From NCBI GenBank assembly GCA_040758135.1, contig JBFLWA010000009.1:6755-70754 (forward strand): a stretch of DNA of 64,000 bases, in the 5' to 3' direction. The stretch comes from Bacillota bacterium (GTDB lineage: Bacteria > Bacillota > Sulfobacillia > JBFLWA01). The notes beneath the pieces are model-generated. The model worked only from the letters and a program-made list of their open reading frames with translations. It did not search any database and had not been told where the DNA came from. The position numbers and the translations under genes are program-made. Below, in pieces: positions 39,136 to 50,987 of the stretch. How positions within the stretch are numbered: the stretch's first letter is position 1; the number at the start of each line of letters is the position of its first letter.

Positions 39136-39870
39136 TCAGCCCAGGTCGCCGGCGGCGTGGAAGACCAGTGCCGCGGCGGCCAGACCCGCTGTCTCGGTGC
39201 GCAGGATCCGCCGGCCCAGGGTAACTATCCTGACGCCGGCCGCCGCGGCCTGGCTGACCTCCTCGGGCGCAAAGCCCCCCTCCGGACCGATGATCAGGTG
39301 AACCGGCTGGTCACCGAGGTCGACCAGGGCCTCCCGCAGTGAGAGAGCGCTCTCGCCTTCGTAAGCCAAGAGGGCCAGGGCGTCGGTGGGCAGGCTCCGC
39401 AGGTAGTCGGCGAGCCTCATCGCTTCCCCCACCGCTGGCACCGAAGTGCGACCCGACTGGGCCGCCGCCTCCCGGGCGATACGCTGCCAGCGCTCGTGCT
39501 TGCGCCTGGCCTTTTCCTCGCGGAGCTCCACCACCACCCGGACAGTGACCAGAGGAATGAAGGCGCTGACCCCCAACTCGGTCCCTTTCTGAATCACCCA
39601 CTCGAGCTTGTCGCCCTTACCAATCGCCTGCGCCAGCGTGACCCGGGAGCGGGGCTCGGAGCCGGGCTCCCACTCCCCGACTACCCGGCCGCCGGTGGTG
39701 CATGTGCCTACCTCAGTCAGTTCCACTATCCGTTCCTTCCCATCGCCACTGAAAACGGCAATACGGTCACCGCGACGCAGGCGCAGCACCCGGGCAGCGT
39801 GGTGGCCATCCTCAGGCTCCAGCCAGATGCTGTCACCCAGGCGCTCGGGAGGGACATAGAAGCGGTGCAT
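39136..39870 (-). CDS. rsmE: 16S rRNA m3U1498 methyltransferase
   Basis: MHRFY, QKGTELG, IGPEGGF, LGRRILRTETA. Confidence 0.95.
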   Translation of the reverse strand: MHRFYVPPERLGDSIWLEPEDGHHAARVLRLRRGDRIAVFSGDGKERIVELTEVGTCTTGGRVVGEWEPGSEPRSRVTLAQAIGKGDKLEWVIQKGTELGVSAFIPLVTVRVVVELREEKARRKHERWQRIAREAAAQSGRTSVPAVGEAMRLADYLRSLPTDALALLAYEGESALSLREALVDLGDQPVHLIIGPEGGFAPEEVSQAAAAGVRIVTLGRRILRTETAGLAAAALVFHAAGDLG

Positions 39871-39872
39871 CC

Positions 39873-40796
39873 TCAGCCACCTGCCCGGCGACACAGGGCC
39901 GCGATCCATTCACCTGCTTGCTTGAGCCGGGCGAGTTGGAACCCTGCCTGGGCTAGCCCCGCCTCCAGCTCTTCCCGGCGGTCGGCGACGATCCCGGAGA
40001 CGACCAACCAGCCATTGGGAACCAGCACCCGGGCTACCTGACCCAGGCGCGGGATGACTACATCGGCCACAATGTTGGCCGAGACCCCCTCCACCAGACC
40101 GGCCAGCTCCTCGATGCTGCCCCGAGCGATATTAACCCGGCCGGCTGCCTCCGGGTTCAGTGCCAGGTTGTGCTGGGCCGCCTCCACGGCGACCCCATCA
40201 ATATCCACAGCCTCGACCCGAGCGGCGCCCAGGCCGGCAGCGGCGATGGCCAGGATGCCGGATCCACAGCCCCAGTCGATTACCCGGTCGCCTGGCTGCA
40301 CTGTCTCCTGGAGCAGCTCCAGGCACATGGCGGTGGTGGCGTGGGTACCGGTGCCAAAGGCCATTCCAATATCCAACCGCACCGGCACCTCGTCCGGGGT
40401 CGGCTGGTACTCCTCCCAGGCCGGGATCACTACTACCCGTCGCCCAATGCGCAGGAGCTCATAGAACTGGCGGTAGTAGCTTGCCCAGTCTCGATCTTGG
40501 ACCACCCGACTGCTGAAGATGGGCTGACCCCACTCGGGCACCGCCTCGGCCAGAAAGGCCAGACGGTCGGTCAGCTCGGCTAGAAGAGTCTCAGCTTGCA
40601 CCCCTTCCTCCAGCGCCACCGACCCAGTGACCGTGGGGTCACCGCCCGGCGGATCGTAGTAGTCCCAACCCTCATGGGAGGGCACAGAAGTGGGGTCGTG
40701 GATAACGACCCCGCGTGAGCCCAGTTCGGATAGGATGCCGGCCACGGCCTCAGTGGCCTCTGGCCGGCAGGTGACCGTAATTTCAACCCAGTCCAT
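39873..40796 (-). CDS. prmA: Ribosomal protein L11 methyltransferase
   Basis: GMAFGTGTHATT, DWGCGSGIL, ANIVAD, SGI. Confidence 0.95.
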   Translation of the reverse strand: MDWVEITVTCRPEATEAVAGILSELGSRGVVIHDPTSVPSHEGWDYYDPPGGDPTVTGSVALEEGVQAETLLAELTDRLAFLAEAVPEWGQPIFSSRVVQDRDWASYYRQFYELLRIGRRVVVIPAWEEYQPTPDEVPVRLDIGMAFGTGTHATTAMCLELLQETVQPGDRVIDWGCGSGILAIAAAGLGAARVEAVDIDGVAVEAAQHNLALNPEAAGRVNIARGSIEELAGLVEGVSANIVADVVIPRLGQVARVLVPNGWLVVSGIVADRREELEAGLAQAGFQLARLKQAGEWIAALCRRAGG

Positions 40797-40820
40797 GGTT
40801 GGAACACCTCCCTCGCCCTT

Positions 40821-41960
40821 CTACATGCCCAGGGCGTCGCGCATGCGCCGCCAGAAGCCCCGGTCCTCCTCGCTAACAGTCTCACCGGTGAGCTCAGCGA
40901 AGCGCCGCAACGCCTCCCGCTGCTCCTCGCCGAGCTTCTTGGGGACCACCACTTCCACCTGGATGATATGATCGCCGCGCCCGCCGCCCCGCAGGTGCGG
41001 GATACCACGCCCCCGGAGGCGGAACCGGGTTCCGCTCTGGGTTCCCTCGGGAATCTTGAGGTTGACCGGCCCGTCCAGGGTGGGGATCTCGATCTCCGCC
41101 CCCAGGGCAGCCTGGACAAAGCTGATGGGGGCCTCACTGAAGACGGTATCACCCTCGCGCCGGAATAGCTCATGCGGTTTTACCCGCAGGACGACAAAGA
41201 GATCACCGGGGAGACCGCCTCGCTGGCCCCCTTCCCCCTGTCCTGAAATGCGTAACCGTGACCCGTCCTCCACCCCGGCCGGAACCTTAACTTTGACCTT
41301 GGCCGTGCTGCGGGTCCGGCCGGATCCACCGCATTTGGGGCAGGGCTCCTCAATGATCTGACCCCGTCCGTGGCAGCGGTCGCAAGGTGCAGTCCGAACG
41401 AAGCGCCCGAAGGCAGTGTTCTGGACGTGCTGCACCTGGCCGACCCCGTGGCAGACAGGACAGGTCACCGGGCGCGTGCCGGGCTTGGCCCCAGTCCCTT
41501 TGCAGCTGCTGCAATTGGCATAACGGGAGAATTCAATGTCCTTCTCCGTGCCAAAGGCGGCCTCTTCAAAGCTAATCTCCAGGTCGTAGCTAAGATCGGC
41601 CCCGGCTTCCGGGCCGGTGCGGGAGCGCGAGCGCCGCCCACCGCCGCCGAAGAACATCTCGAAGATATCCTCGACCCCGCCAAAGTTGCCGAAGCCGCCG
41701 AAGTCCTCGAAACCTCCGAAGCCCCCCGCTCCGGCCCCGGCCGCGGCGTGCCCAAACTGGTCATAGCGGGCGCGCTTATCGGCATCGCTGAGAACCTCGT
41801 AGGCCTCGTTGACCTCCTTGAACTTCTCGGCTGCGTTAGGGTCTTCACGGTTGACATCGGGATGGTACTGGCGGGCCAGGCGCCGGTATGCTTTTTTGAT
41901 CTCCTCGGGGGAGGCATCGCGCCCCACCCCGAGGACCTCATAGTAGTCGCGCTTGCTCAA
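40821..41960 (-). CDS. dnaJ: Chaperone DnaJ
   Basis: HPD J-domain, G/F region, four CxxCxGxG repeats. Confidence 0.98.
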   Translation of the reverse strand: MSKRDYYEVLGVGRDASPEEIKKAYRRLARQYHPDVNREDPNAAEKFKEVNEAYEVLSDADKRARYDQFGHAAAGAGAGGFGGFEDFGGFGNFGGVEDIFEMFFGGGGRRSRSRTGPEAGADLSYDLEISFEEAAFGTEKDIEFSRYANCSSCKGTGAKPGTRPVTCPVCHGVGQVQHVQNTAFGRFVRTAPCDRCHGRGQIIEEPCPKCGGSGRTRSTAKVKVKVPAGVEDGSRLRISGQGEGGQRGGLPGDLFVVLRVKPHELFRREGDTVFSEAPISFVQAALGAEIEIPTLDGPVNLKIPEGTQSGTRFRLRGRGIPHLRGGGRGDHIIQVEVVVPKKLGEEQREALRRFAELTGETVSEEDRGFWRRMRDALGM

Positions 41961-41989
41961 CGGTGGTCACAACCTTCCCGCGAGTCAGC

Positions 41990-43827
41990 TTAATCCTTCT
42001 TATTGTCATCCTTGACTTCGTACTCGGCATCTACTGTCTTACTATCGTCACTGGCTGTCCCGGCGGCGCCCGGCCCGGCCCCGGCCTGCTGGGCCTGGGC
42101 CTGGTAGACCTGGGAGAGAGCTCGTAGAGGACCTTGGTCAGCTCTTCACTGGCCTGCTTGATGGCCTCGGTATCCTGCCCGGCCAGGGCCTGGCGAGTCT
42201 TCGCGATTTCAGCCCTGACCTTGTCCACCAAGGCTTGATCAGCCTTGTCGCCTAGCTCTTTGATGGTTTTTTCGGCGTTGTAGACCAGCGAGTCGGCCTG
42301 GTTACGGGTTTCGACCTCTTCCCGCCGGCGCTTATCCTCGGCCGCGTTCTTCTCGGCCTCCCGGACCATCTTCTCGATCTCGTCCTTGCTCAGGCCGCTG
42401 GAGGAGGTAATGGTGACCTTCTGCTCCTTGCCGGTGCCTAAGTCTTTGGCGGAGACATTGACGATACCGTTGGCATCAATATCAAAAGTGACCTCAATGC
42501 GAGGCACACCCCGCGGCGCCGGCGGAATACCATCCAAGTGGAAGCGGCCCAGGGTCTTATTGTAGGCCGCCATCTCCCGCTCGCCCTGCAGCACATGAAT
42601 CTCCACCGAGGTCTGGTTATCGGCTGCGGTGGAGAAGACCTGGCTCTTGGCCGTGGGAATGGTGGTGTTCCGCTCGATGAGTTTGGTGAAGACACCGCCC
42701 AGGGTCTCGATGCCCAGTGAGAGCGGGGTAACATCGAGAAGCAGTACATCCTTGACCTCGCCCGCCAAAACGCCGGCCTGGATGGCGGCACCCAGGGCGA
42801 CTACTTCATCGGGGTTGATCCCTTTGAAGGGCTCCTTGCCCATGAGCTTCTTGACCATCTCCTGTACCGCCGGGATGCGGGTGGAGCCGCCCACCAGCAG
42901 GACCTTGTCGACCTGGGCCGGCTTGAGGCCGGCATCCTCGAGAGCTTGCCGGGTGGGACCTGCGCAGGCCTCGACCAGGTCTGCGGTGAGTTCGTCAAAC
43001 TTGGCCCGGGTCAGGTTGAGGTCGAGGTGCTTGGGGCCATCGGCATCAGCGGTGATGAACGGCAGGTTGATGTTGGCGTTGGTGACAGTAGAGAGCTCGA
43101 TCTTGGCCTTCTCCGCCGCCTCCCGCAGCCGCTGCAGGGCCATGCGGTCTTTCCGCAGGTCTATGCCGTGCTCCTTCTGGAACTGCCCGGCCACATAGTC
43201 CACGATCCGCTGGTCGAAGTCGTCACCGCCGAGGCGGGTGTTGCCGCTGGTAGCCTTGACCTCAACCACATCTTCGCCTAGCTCAAGAATGGAGACATCG
43301 AAGGTGCCGCCGCCCAGGTCAAACACGAGGATCGTCTGGTTCTCCTTCGCCTTGTCCAACCCGTAAGCCAGGGCGGCCGCGGTCGGTTCATTGATGATGC
43401 GCAGCACCTCGAGGCCAGCGATGGTGCCGGCATCCTTGGTCGCCTGGCGCTGGCTGTCACTGAAGTAGGCCGGGACAGTGATCACCGCCTGGGTCACCTT
43501 CTCACCGAGGTAAGCCTCGGCATCGGCCTTCAGCTTCTGCAGGATCATCGCCGAGATCTCCTGTGGCGTGTAGTTCTTGCCATCAATGGACACCTTGTGG
43601 TCGGTGCCCATGTGGCGCTTGATGGAGACCACGGTCTTGTCGGGGTTGCTGACCGCCTGGCGCTTGGCCACCTGGCCGACGACACGTTCACCGGTCTTGG
43701 TGAAACCGACGACCGATGGCGTCAACCGGCTCCCCTCAGCGTTAGTGATAACCGTTGGCTGGCCGCTCTCCATGACAGCCACCACCGAGTTGGTGGTGCC
43801 TAGATCAATGCCGATCACTTTGCCCAT
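41990..43827 (-). CDS. dnaK: Chaperone DnaK with a 1-nt frameshift near 42113 (as given, the ORF stops at 42031)
   Basis: [25 protein letters not shown]; the canonical tail QVYQAQ...[15 protein letters not shown] lies in another frame. Confidence 0.95.
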
Positions 43828-43875
43828 GTTCGGTATTACCTCCTCGTCTTCAAGGTGTTCAGTGACTCTCTATAC

Positions 43876-44448
43876 CTATTCCGGGCGGCGGGAGACCTTC
43901 ACCTTGCTCGGTCTGATCACCCGGTCGCCCATCATGTATCCCCTCTCGAATTCCTGGAGCACGGTATCATCCTCCGCCTCGGCATCTTCGGCCTGCATCA
44001 AGGCCTCGTGGTAGAGCGGGTCAAAGGGCTTACCCATAGCCTCGATAGGCACCACTCCGGCGCCGGCCAGAACCTCCCGGAACTGGCGGGCAATGAGCTC
44101 AACCCCCTGCCGGAGCCCATCACCGCTAGAACCGCGGTCGGTCGCGAGGGCCCGCTCCAGATTGTCCAGGACCGGTAGGAGCTTTAAGACCAGCTCTTGG
44201 TTGGCATAAGCCAAGAAGCTCCGGCGCTCGGCCTCGGCCCGGCGGCGGTAGTTCTCGAAATCGGCTTGGGCCCGGCGCCAGCCGTTGAGGTTCTGCTCAG
44301 CACGCTCCTCAGCCTTCTGGCACCTGGTCTGCCAATCAATGTCTTCAGTAGCTGACTCTGCGACCTCGCCAGCGGGTTCGGCCGGGGTCGCCTTGGGGCT
44401 GGCTGCCTCGTGCTCAATTTCATCTTCTGGTTTCTTCTCGTCCCACAT
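43876..44448 (-). CDS. grpE: Nucleotide exchange factor GrpE
   Basis: ADFENYRRR, LLPVLDNLERAL, FDPLYHEA, GY....RVIRP..VKV. Confidence 0.96.
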   Translation of the reverse strand: MWDEKKPEDEIEHEAASPKATPAEPAGEVAESATEDIDWQTRCQKAEERAEQNLNGWRRAQADFENYRRRAEAERRSFLAYANQELVLKLLPVLDNLERALATDRGSSGDGLRQGVELIARQFREVLAGAGVVPIEAMGKPFDPLYHEALMQAEDAEAEDDTVLQEFERGYMMGDRVIRPSKVKVSRRPE

Positions 44449-44466
44449 GAAGCTCGTCCCACTCCC

Positions 44467-46059
44467 CTAAAAATCCATCTTATCGAACTGCTCGGAGATC
44501 TTGGGGTCAGCCCCCTTCTCCCCGCTCTGGTCCTTCATCTTGATGATGGTATCAATGCGCAGGATCGCCTCGCCAATCTCGCCGGCCGCCCACAGGGCGT
44601 GGGTCTTGACCAGCGCCGGGTCGACGACCCCCATCTCCCACATATCGGCCAGTTCGCCGGTGTCGCAATCGACGGAGACTGAGTCGCTGCCCTGGGCGAT
44701 CTGGGCCGCCAAGACATCGCCGATCTTCTCCAGTGGGTTGAACCCGGCGTTGGCCACGATCTGGGAGAACGGCTTGCGCAGGGCCTCAATAACACAGTCC
44801 ACGCCGTAGGCGCTCATCCCCTTGAGTCGGGACTTGGCCCGTTCCACCTCGCGCATGACCGCCAGCTCGATAGAGCCCCCGCCCGGGACTATGCCGGCCT
44901 TGACCGCCGCCTGGACCGCGGCAGCCGCATCCTTGGCAATGCGCTCCCGCTCGCCGACCACCTCGCGGGTAGCCGCCCCCACCAGAATGGTAGCCATGGG
45001 CTTGCCCTGTCCACCGATGACCCGGACATGCTCGAGTTTCTCGTCCTCGTAGACCTTATCGGCGCTGCCCAGGTACTTGACTAGCTCTGCCGCCTCCTTG
45101 CGCAGGGCGGTGCGCTTAACCAGCTTGGCCCCGGTATGTTCCGCTGCTTTGCGCAGCTCCCGAGAGGAAACCCGGCTGAGGACCATGACCCCGGCATCGG
45201 TGAGGATCTCTTCGGCAATATCCTCGACCCCCCGGTCGACCATGATCACATTAACCCCCATGGCAACCAACTTGTGCAGGTTGCGGCTGAACTCTTCCCG
45301 GTACTCCATGAGTTTGGTGAAGCCGGTCTCGGTCGCCAGAGCCTCGTCTTCTACCTCTTCGGGTTCGAGGGCATCGTCGACAATGAGGATCTTGGCGTCG
45401 GCAACCTCCCGGGGCATCTGCTTGTTCAGGCGCTCCTTGTCGACGATGACCCCGAGGAAGACCTCGTTATCGGCCCCCTGCTCGGCCAGCACCGTATCAA
45501 GCAGCTTGAAACCAGGATCGCCCAACTTCTCCCGGCCAATGAGCCGGGCCGCCTCCACCACCAGGTCGGCAATATCTTCGTGCTCCCGACCGGCGACCAA
45601 AGCTACCCGGCGCAGAAGCGGATCGTCGACCCCCGCCACCTGGCGGGCCTTTTCCCTGACTGCGGCCACCGCGGTCCGGACACCGAAGCGCACGCCCTCG
45701 ATGACCCGGATCACCGGGACCCCCTTGATGACCTGGTTCAGCCCTTCGGCCAGCAGAGCACCGGCCATGATGGTGGCGGTGGTGGTCCCATCGCCCACCT
45801 CTTCTTCCTGGGCCTTGGCCGTATTGATCACCATCTTGGCCGCCGGGTGGTTAACATCCATCTTGGTCAGGATGGTAATCCCGTCATTGGTGATCACCAC
45901 ATCGCCGAAACGGTCCACCAGCATGGTATCGAGCCCCTTGGACCCGATGGTCCCCTCTACCGCGCTGGCAATGGCCCGCACAGCGTTGACATTGGTAATG
46001 AGCGCCGCCAGGCGCTCATCGACCTCGGCCCCCTGGGTAACTTGTTTGACATTGGACAC
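44467..46059 (-). CDS. Thermosome-like TCP-1/cpn60 (group III) chaperonin
   Basis: GTIGSKGLDTMLVDRFGDVVITNDG, GDGTTT, GIVPGGG..E, GVVDP, ILRIDTII; lies between hrcA and grpE. Confidence 0.9.
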   Translation of the reverse strand: MSNVKQVTQGAEVDERLAALITNVNAVRAIASAVEGTIGSKGLDTMLVDRFGDVVITNDGITILTKMDVNHPAAKMVINTAKAQEEEVGDGTTTATIMAGALLAEGLNQVIKGVPVIRVIEGVRFGVRTAVAAVREKARQVAGVDDPLLRRVALVAGREHEDIADLVVEAARLIGREKLGDPGFKLLDTVLAEQGADNEVFLGVIVDKERLNKQMPREVADAKILIVDDALEPEEVEDEALATETGFTKLMEYREEFSRNLHKLVAMGVNVIMVDRGVEDIAEEILTDAGVMVLSRVSSRELRKAAEHTGAKLVKRTALRKEAAELVKYLGSADKVYEDEKLEHVRVIGGQGKPMATILVGAATREVVGERERIAKDAAAAVQAAVKAGIVPGGGSIELAVMREVERAKSRLKGMSAYGVDCVIEALRKPFSQIVANAGFNPLEKIGDVLAAQIAQGSDSVSVDCDTGELADMWEMGVVDPALVKTHALWAAGEIGEAILRIDTIIKMKDQSGEKGADPKISEQFDKMDF

Positions 46060-46085
46060 CGGCCTATCGCCTCCAGTTCATCATT

Positions 46086-47123
46086 CTAGGAATCTCCGAT
46101 AATCTGGCTCAACTGATCATTCAGATGCCGGACGACCAGGTCGACCACAGAGAGAACCCGGTCGTAGTGCATGCGGCGGGGCCCGATGACCCCCAATGTC
46201 CCCACGACCTGGCCATTGATGGAATAAGTAGCCTTGATGAGACTGCAGTCAGCCACTTCGGGGAGCTTGTTCTCCTCCCCGATACTGACGCTTAGCATCC
46301 CCTGGCCGGAGTCGGCCATGAGCTCCCTGACCAGCTCCAGGCGCTCTAGCATCGAAAAGAGGCCACGCACCTTCTCGACATCCCTGAACTCAGGCTGGGC
46401 CAGGATGTTGGTAGTCCCACCCAGGAAGACCCGTTCCCCATCATCGGGGCGCCCCAGGTGTTCCAGAACCTCGAGAATGCGATCCAGCGCTAGCTGGTGA
46501 CGGACGATCTCGTGGCTCATGGCCCGGATCAGCGTCCGGCTCATCTTATTAAGGGGGACGCCGACCATGTGGTGGTTGAGGGCATCAGAGATCGCCCGGA
46601 GATCGGCAGTGGTTAGCCCCTCCGGCACCTCTACTAGTTTGTTCTGAATCAGCCCGTTGCCAGTGATCAGGGTGATCAGTGCGGTGGATTCTTTGACCGG
46701 TACCACCTCGATGCGGCGAAATACTGCGGTATCGAGGCGTGGCCCAACGACCAGGGCCACATAGTCGGTGACCCGGGAGAGCAGCTGGGCAGTGCGCTCA
46801 ATGACCGCCTGTACCTCACGGGCTTCGGCTTGGTAGGCGCGACAAATCACCTCGGTGTCCCGAGGTGCCAGTCGCTTTGGCTCCATCAGGCTATCGACGT
46901 AAAACCGGTAGCCCCGGTCTGATGGAACCCGGCCGGCCGAGGTATGCGGCTGTTCGATGAAGCCCATTTCCTCCAGGTCGGCCATCTCGTTGCGGATTGT
47001 TGCCGGGCTGACGCCCAGCTGGTACTTGCGGGCAATGGTGCGGGACCCTACCGGTTCGGCGCTGTCAATGTAGTCCTCGATGATCGCCCGGAGCACCAGG
47101 CGCTTGCGCTCATCGAGCTGCAT
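46086..47123 (-). CDS. hrcA: Heat-inducible transcription repressor HrcA
   Basis: EPVGSRTI, SPATIRNEMADLE, PHTSAGRVPSDRGYR, GVIGP.RM. Confidence 0.97.
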   Translation of the reverse strand: MQLDERKRLVLRAIIEDYIDSAEPVGSRTIARKYQLGVSPATIRNEMADLEEMGFIEQPHTSAGRVPSDRGYRFYVDSLMEPKRLAPRDTEVICRAYQAEAREVQAVIERTAQLLSRVTDYVALVVGPRLDTAVFRRIEVVPVKESTALITLITGNGLIQNKLVEVPEGLTTADLRAISDALNHHMVGVPLNKMSRTLIRAMSHEIVRHQLALDRILEVLEHLGRPDDGERVFLGGTTNILAQPEFRDVEKVRGLFSMLERLELVRELMADSGQGMLSVSIGEENKLPEVADCSLIKATYSINGQVVGTLGVIGPRRMHYDRVLSVVDLVVRHLNDQLSQIIGDS

Positions 47124-47144
47124 GCGTCCGCCACCTCCCGTATG

Positions 47145-47171
47145 TTAGCACTCATGAGGAGAGAGTGCTAA
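47145..47171. promoter_or_regulatory. CIRCE operator
   Basis: TTAGCACTC-N9-GAGTGCTAA, exact consensus. Confidence 0.97.
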
Positions 47172-47182
47172 CGGCTATCTAA

Positions 47183-47211
47183 AAAATACCACCGGGTAAC
47201 GGGTTTGTCAA
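47183..47211 (-). promoter_or_regulatory. sigmaA promoter of the hrcA operon
   Basis: TTGACA-17 bp-TATTTT with TG extension, just upstream of CIRCE. Confidence 0.8.
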
Positions 47212-48383
47212 GGGTAGACAAAGGCCGCCCAGACCTGGTTGGCCACTGGCCAGGCCGTCCTGGTCAGCCGCCAGCGCCGGCCGTCACTCTCCAGGAGCCC
47301 TTGTCGGGACAAAGCCTCCAGCTTGCCCGGGAAACAGTCGTTCATCGTCCGGCCAAAACGGACGGCAAAGGCTTCTTGGTCGACGCCGTCCAGCAGTCGC
47401 AGCCCCATCAGGACCGTCTCCACCAGCTCAGTGCGGGCATCGAGGTGATGGATCTCGCCCTGGGGCAGCTGATCGGCGGCCACCCGCCTGGCATACTCCT
47501 CCAGATCCCGAAGATTACCCCAGCGCTGGCCGGCCACGTGCGACCAGGCACCGGCGCCCAGCCCCAGGTAGTCCCGGTTCTCCCAGTAGGCCAGATTATG
47601 CTGACAGCGATAGCCGGGGCGGGCGTAGTTGGAGGTCTCATAGTGCTGGTAGCCAGCCTGTGGTAGCCGATCCATGGCCATAAGCAGCATGGTTCGGGCC
47701 GTTTCCTCGTCGGGAAGAGGCAGGCTGCCCTCTTCAGCCCAGCGAGCGAAGGGGGTCGCCTCCTCCACCGCCAGTCCGTAGGCAGAGACGTGGTCGGGCG
47801 CCAGTGCAATGGCTTGGTCCAAGTCAGCAGCCCACTGGTCCGGGGTCTGGCCGGGGAGCCCGTGCATGAGGTCGAGGTTCAAGTTGGCAAAGCCGGCCCT
47901 CCGGGCTGCCTCCACCGAGGCCAGCGCAGTGCGGCGGTCGTGGATCCGCCCGAGCACGCGCAGGAACTCATCGTGAAACGACTGGATCCCCAGACTGAGC
48001 CGGTTGTAGCCGGCGGCCCGCAGGTCAGCCAAGGCGGGCCCGTCAACGGTACCCGGGTTGGCCTCCAGAGTAATCTCGACGCTGCTCATCAGGGAAAAAC
48101 TTCGGGCCAGCCGCTCCAGCAGGCGGGCCAGAGCGGCCGGGGGAAGCACGCTGGGGGTACCCCCACCCACGAAGACGCTGCTCACCGGATGCCCGGCGAA
48201 CCGGGGATCGGCGGCAGCCAGCTCCAGCTCGCGGTGGAGCGCCGCCAGGTAGTGGTCGGCCACGGCCGGCGCGTATAGGACCGAGAAGAAATCGCAATAG
48301 TGGCACTTGCGGAGGCAGAAGGGGATATGAACATAGACAGCCAGAGGAGATCCCCCGGCCGTCGGGCTGGCAGTCTGGCTCAT
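47208..48383 (-). CDS. hemW: Radical SAM heme chaperone HemW
   Basis: [28 protein letters not shown]; lepA-hemW-hrcA synteny. Confidence 0.92.
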   Translation of the reverse strand: MSQTASPTAGGSPLAVYVHIPFCLRKCHYCDFFSVLYAPAVADHYLAALHRELELAAADPRFAGHPVSSVFVGGGTPSVLPPAALARLLERLARSFSLMSSVEITLEANPGTVDGPALADLRAAGYNRLSLGIQSFHDEFLRVLGRIHDRRTALASVEAARRAGFANLNLDLMHGLPGQTPDQWAADLDQAIALAPDHVSAYGLAVEEATPFARWAEEGSLPLPDEETARTMLLMAMDRLPQAGYQHYETSNYARPGYRCQHNLAYWENRDYLGLGAGAWSHVAGQRWGNLRDLEEYARRVAADQLPQGEIHHLDARTELVETVLMGLRLLDGVDQEAFAVRFGRTMNDCFPGKLEALSRQGLLESDGRRWRLTRTAWPVANQVWAAFVYP

Positions 48384-50170
48384 TCGATCTTCAGGATAGC
48401 CATGAAGGCCTCCTGCGGGATCTCCACGCTTCCCACCTGCTTCATGCGCTTCTTTCCCTCTTTCTGCTTCTCCAAGAGCTTGCGCTTGCGGGTGACATCC
48501 CCGCCGTAGCACTTGGCCAGGACATCTTTGCGGTAGGCTCGCACCGACTCCCGGGCCACGATCTTGGAGCCGACCGCCGCCTGGACCGGCACCTCGAACA
48601 TCTGGCGCGGGATGAGGCTGCGCAGTCGCTCTACCATCTGCCTGCCCCGGTACTGAGCCTGGCTGCGGTGGGTGACGAAGGATAGGGCGTCCACCGGCTC
48701 TCCGTTGACCAAGATGTCGACCTTAACCATATCGCCCTCGCGGTAACCAATGAACTCGTAGTCCAGCGAGGCATAGCCCTTAGTCCGGGACTTCAGGTTA
48801 TCGAAGAAATCGTACATAATCTCGGCCAGGGGGAATTCGTAGGTCAGGGCAACCCTGGTCTGATTGAGGTACTCCATGTTGCTGAAGATCCCCCGCCGGT
48901 CCTTGGCCAGTTCCATGACGGGGCCGATGAAATCGGCGGGTAAGAAGATCTGGGCTTTCACATAGGGCTCCTCCAGGAGCTGTACCCGGTCGGGACCGGG
49001 CAGCTTGGCCGGGTTCTCCACCTCGGTGACCTGGCCATCGGTGGTAGTCACCCGGTAGACCACATTGGGGGCGGTGGTGATCAGATCAGTCTTGTACTCC
49101 CGCTCCAGGCGCTCCCGGACGATATCCATATGGAGGAGCCCCAGGAAGCCGCAGCGGTAACCGAAACCCAAGGCGGCCGAGGACTCGGGCTCGTAGTGCA
49201 GGGAGGCATCGTTAAGCTTCAGCTTATCAAGGGCATCCCGCAACAGGTCGTACTCGGACGACTCCACAGGATAGAGGCCGCAGAACACCATGGGTTTGAC
49301 CGCCCGGTAGCCGGGGAGCGGTTTGTCGGCCGGTCGCAGGCTATCGGTGATGGTATCGCCCACCCGGCAATCTTTGACTGTTTTGATCCCGGCCGCAACA
49401 TAGCCGACCTCCCCGGCCTCCAGGCTGTCGGAGGTCAGGGGTGAAGGGACGAAGATGCCCAACTCGGCCACTTCGGCACTGCGGCCGGTGGCCATCATGC
49501 GGATCGCCTGCCCCCGGCGGAGCGCTCCTTCTACAACCCGGACATAGGCGATGACGCCCTTGTAGGAGTCAAAGTGCGAGTCAAAAATCAGGGCCTGCAG
49601 GGGCGCCTCCCGGTCGCCGCGGGGAGCCGGTATCCGCTGGACAATGGCCTCCAGCACCTCCTCGATGCCGGTGCCCAACTTGGCCGAAACTTCGATGGCT
49701 TCTCCCGGATCCAGGCCGATCACTTCGGCCAACTCCTGTCTGACTGCATTGGGATTGGCCGCTGGCAGGTCGATCTTGTTGATTACCGGGATAATCTCCA
49801 GATTGTGCTCGAGGGCCAGGTAGACATTGGCCAAGGTCTGGGCCTCGATCCCCTGGGCGGCATCCACCACCAACAGGGCGCCCTCACAGGCAGCCAGGCT
49901 GCGGGAGACCTCGTAGGTGAAATCGACGTGGCCGGGAGTGTCGATCAGGTTGAGAATATACTCCTGGCCGTCCCGGGCCTGGTAGTGCAGGCGTACCGCC
50001 TTGGCCTTGATGGTGATCCCGCGCTCCTTCTCCAGCTCCATCTGATCGAGGAACCGTTCCTCCATCTGGCGCGGATCCAGCGTCTTGGTGAACTCGAGGA
50101 GGCGGTCGGCCAGGGTTGACTTGCCATGGTCAATATGGGCGATAATGCAGAAGTTGCGGATGTTCTTCAC
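48380..50170 (-). CDS. lepA: Elongation factor 4
   Basis: [39 protein letters not shown]. Confidence 0.98.
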   Translation of the reverse strand: MKNIRNFCIIAHIDHGKSTLADRLLEFTKTLDPRQMEERFLDQMELEKERGITIKAKAVRLHYQARDGQEYILNLIDTPGHVDFTYEVSRSLAACEGALLVVDAAQGIEAQTLANVYLALEHNLEIIPVINKIDLPAANPNAVRQELAEVIGLDPGEAIEVSAKLGTGIEEVLEAIVQRIPAPRGDREAPLQALIFDSHFDSYKGVIAYVRVVEGALRRGQAIRMMATGRSAEVAELGIFVPSPLTSDSLEAGEVGYVAAGIKTVKDCRVGDTITDSLRPADKPLPGYRAVKPMVFCGLYPVESSEYDLLRDALDKLKLNDASLHYEPESSAALGFGYRCGFLGLLHMDIVRERLEREYKTDLITTAPNVVYRVTTTDGQVTEVENPAKLPGPDRVQLLEEPYVKAQIFLPADFIGPVMELAKDRRGIFSNMEYLNQTRVALTYEFPLAEIMYDFFDNLKSRTKGYASLDYEFIGYREGDMVKVDILVNGEPVDALSFVTHRSQAQYRGRQMVERLRSLIPRQMFEVPVQAAVGSKIVARESVRAYRKDVLAKCYGGDVTRKRKLLEKQKEGKKRMKQVGSVEIPQEAFMAILKIE

Positions 50171-50248
50171 CCGGCTACCTCCCCTCTCAATGATGTCATC
50201 AGGCTAAAGGGACATTAAACAAGCGGCGCCGGAACCGACGCCGCTACA

Positions 50249-50276
50249 ATTATAACACTCCCCCCAGAACCGGGCA
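50249..50276 (-). promoter_or_regulatory. sigmaA promoter of lepA
   Basis: TTGCCC-16 bp-TATAAT with TG extension. Confidence 0.6.
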
Positions 50277-50294
50277 AGGCAGGGAGTTAGCTCG

Positions 50295-50900
50295 GTGTCT
50301 GTCAAGCAGACTTAGGTAATAAATCGGTTTCCCGAAGTTCTGATTTTTGATGTTGCCGTTTTAAGCCGGCAAACGAGCTTCCTGAAGAACCGGGACAGGC
50401 CACCAGAGGCCACGGTGCCGGCCGACCGGATCGGTGGGTGCGCTTGTTTGAACTGAAAGGCGGTCGCTACTTCCCGGGCGATCTGCCCGGCTCCGGCCCT
50501 CAGTCTCTTTCCCACCCTGTCCAGCGTCGTCTCGGTGAGCCCTCTGGCCGACCGTTCCAGCCGCCCCTCAAACTGCCTGGCCAGGCTCTGCGTCATTGCC
50601 TGCAGTCCTCGTCTGCCCCAGCTCTGTCTACGCTTCTTCACCCGGTTGGCAAACCGGTCCATATTCGATTCAGCGGCGCCCAACTCTCTCATCCCGTCTG
50701 TCGGGACTCCCATCTCTCTGAGTCTCACCCGATAGTCACGACAGGCTTTAGCCATCGTTAGCAGGTCTTCCTTCAGAGCCCTGATCGCTGCCTGCCGCTT
50801 CCCGTCCGAGCATTCCTTCTCGGCCACTGCCAGGGCTGCCAGTAGCTCTTCCGGCTGATTGTCCTCCAATGCTTTGAGAGATCTCTGTAACTGAGGTGTG
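50295..50900 (-). mobile_element. ISLre2-family transposase 3' remnant with terminal repeat
   Basis: DYRVRL...GMRELGAAESNMDRFANRVKKRRQSW, similar to the 27.4-kb remnant; identical end GTGTCTGTCAAG at 50295-50306. Confidence 0.8.
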
Positions 50901-50987
50901 CCGTTAAACTTAGCCACCTCCGGAATGATTAACATCCGGAGTATGAATTCGCTGAAGGTGGATCAATTTCATTTCGGCTCTACTGGA

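Noticed and set aside
42090-42125. Programmed ribosomal frameshift in dnaK
   Set aside because: No canonical slippery heptamer and no precedent known to me; an indel is simpler.
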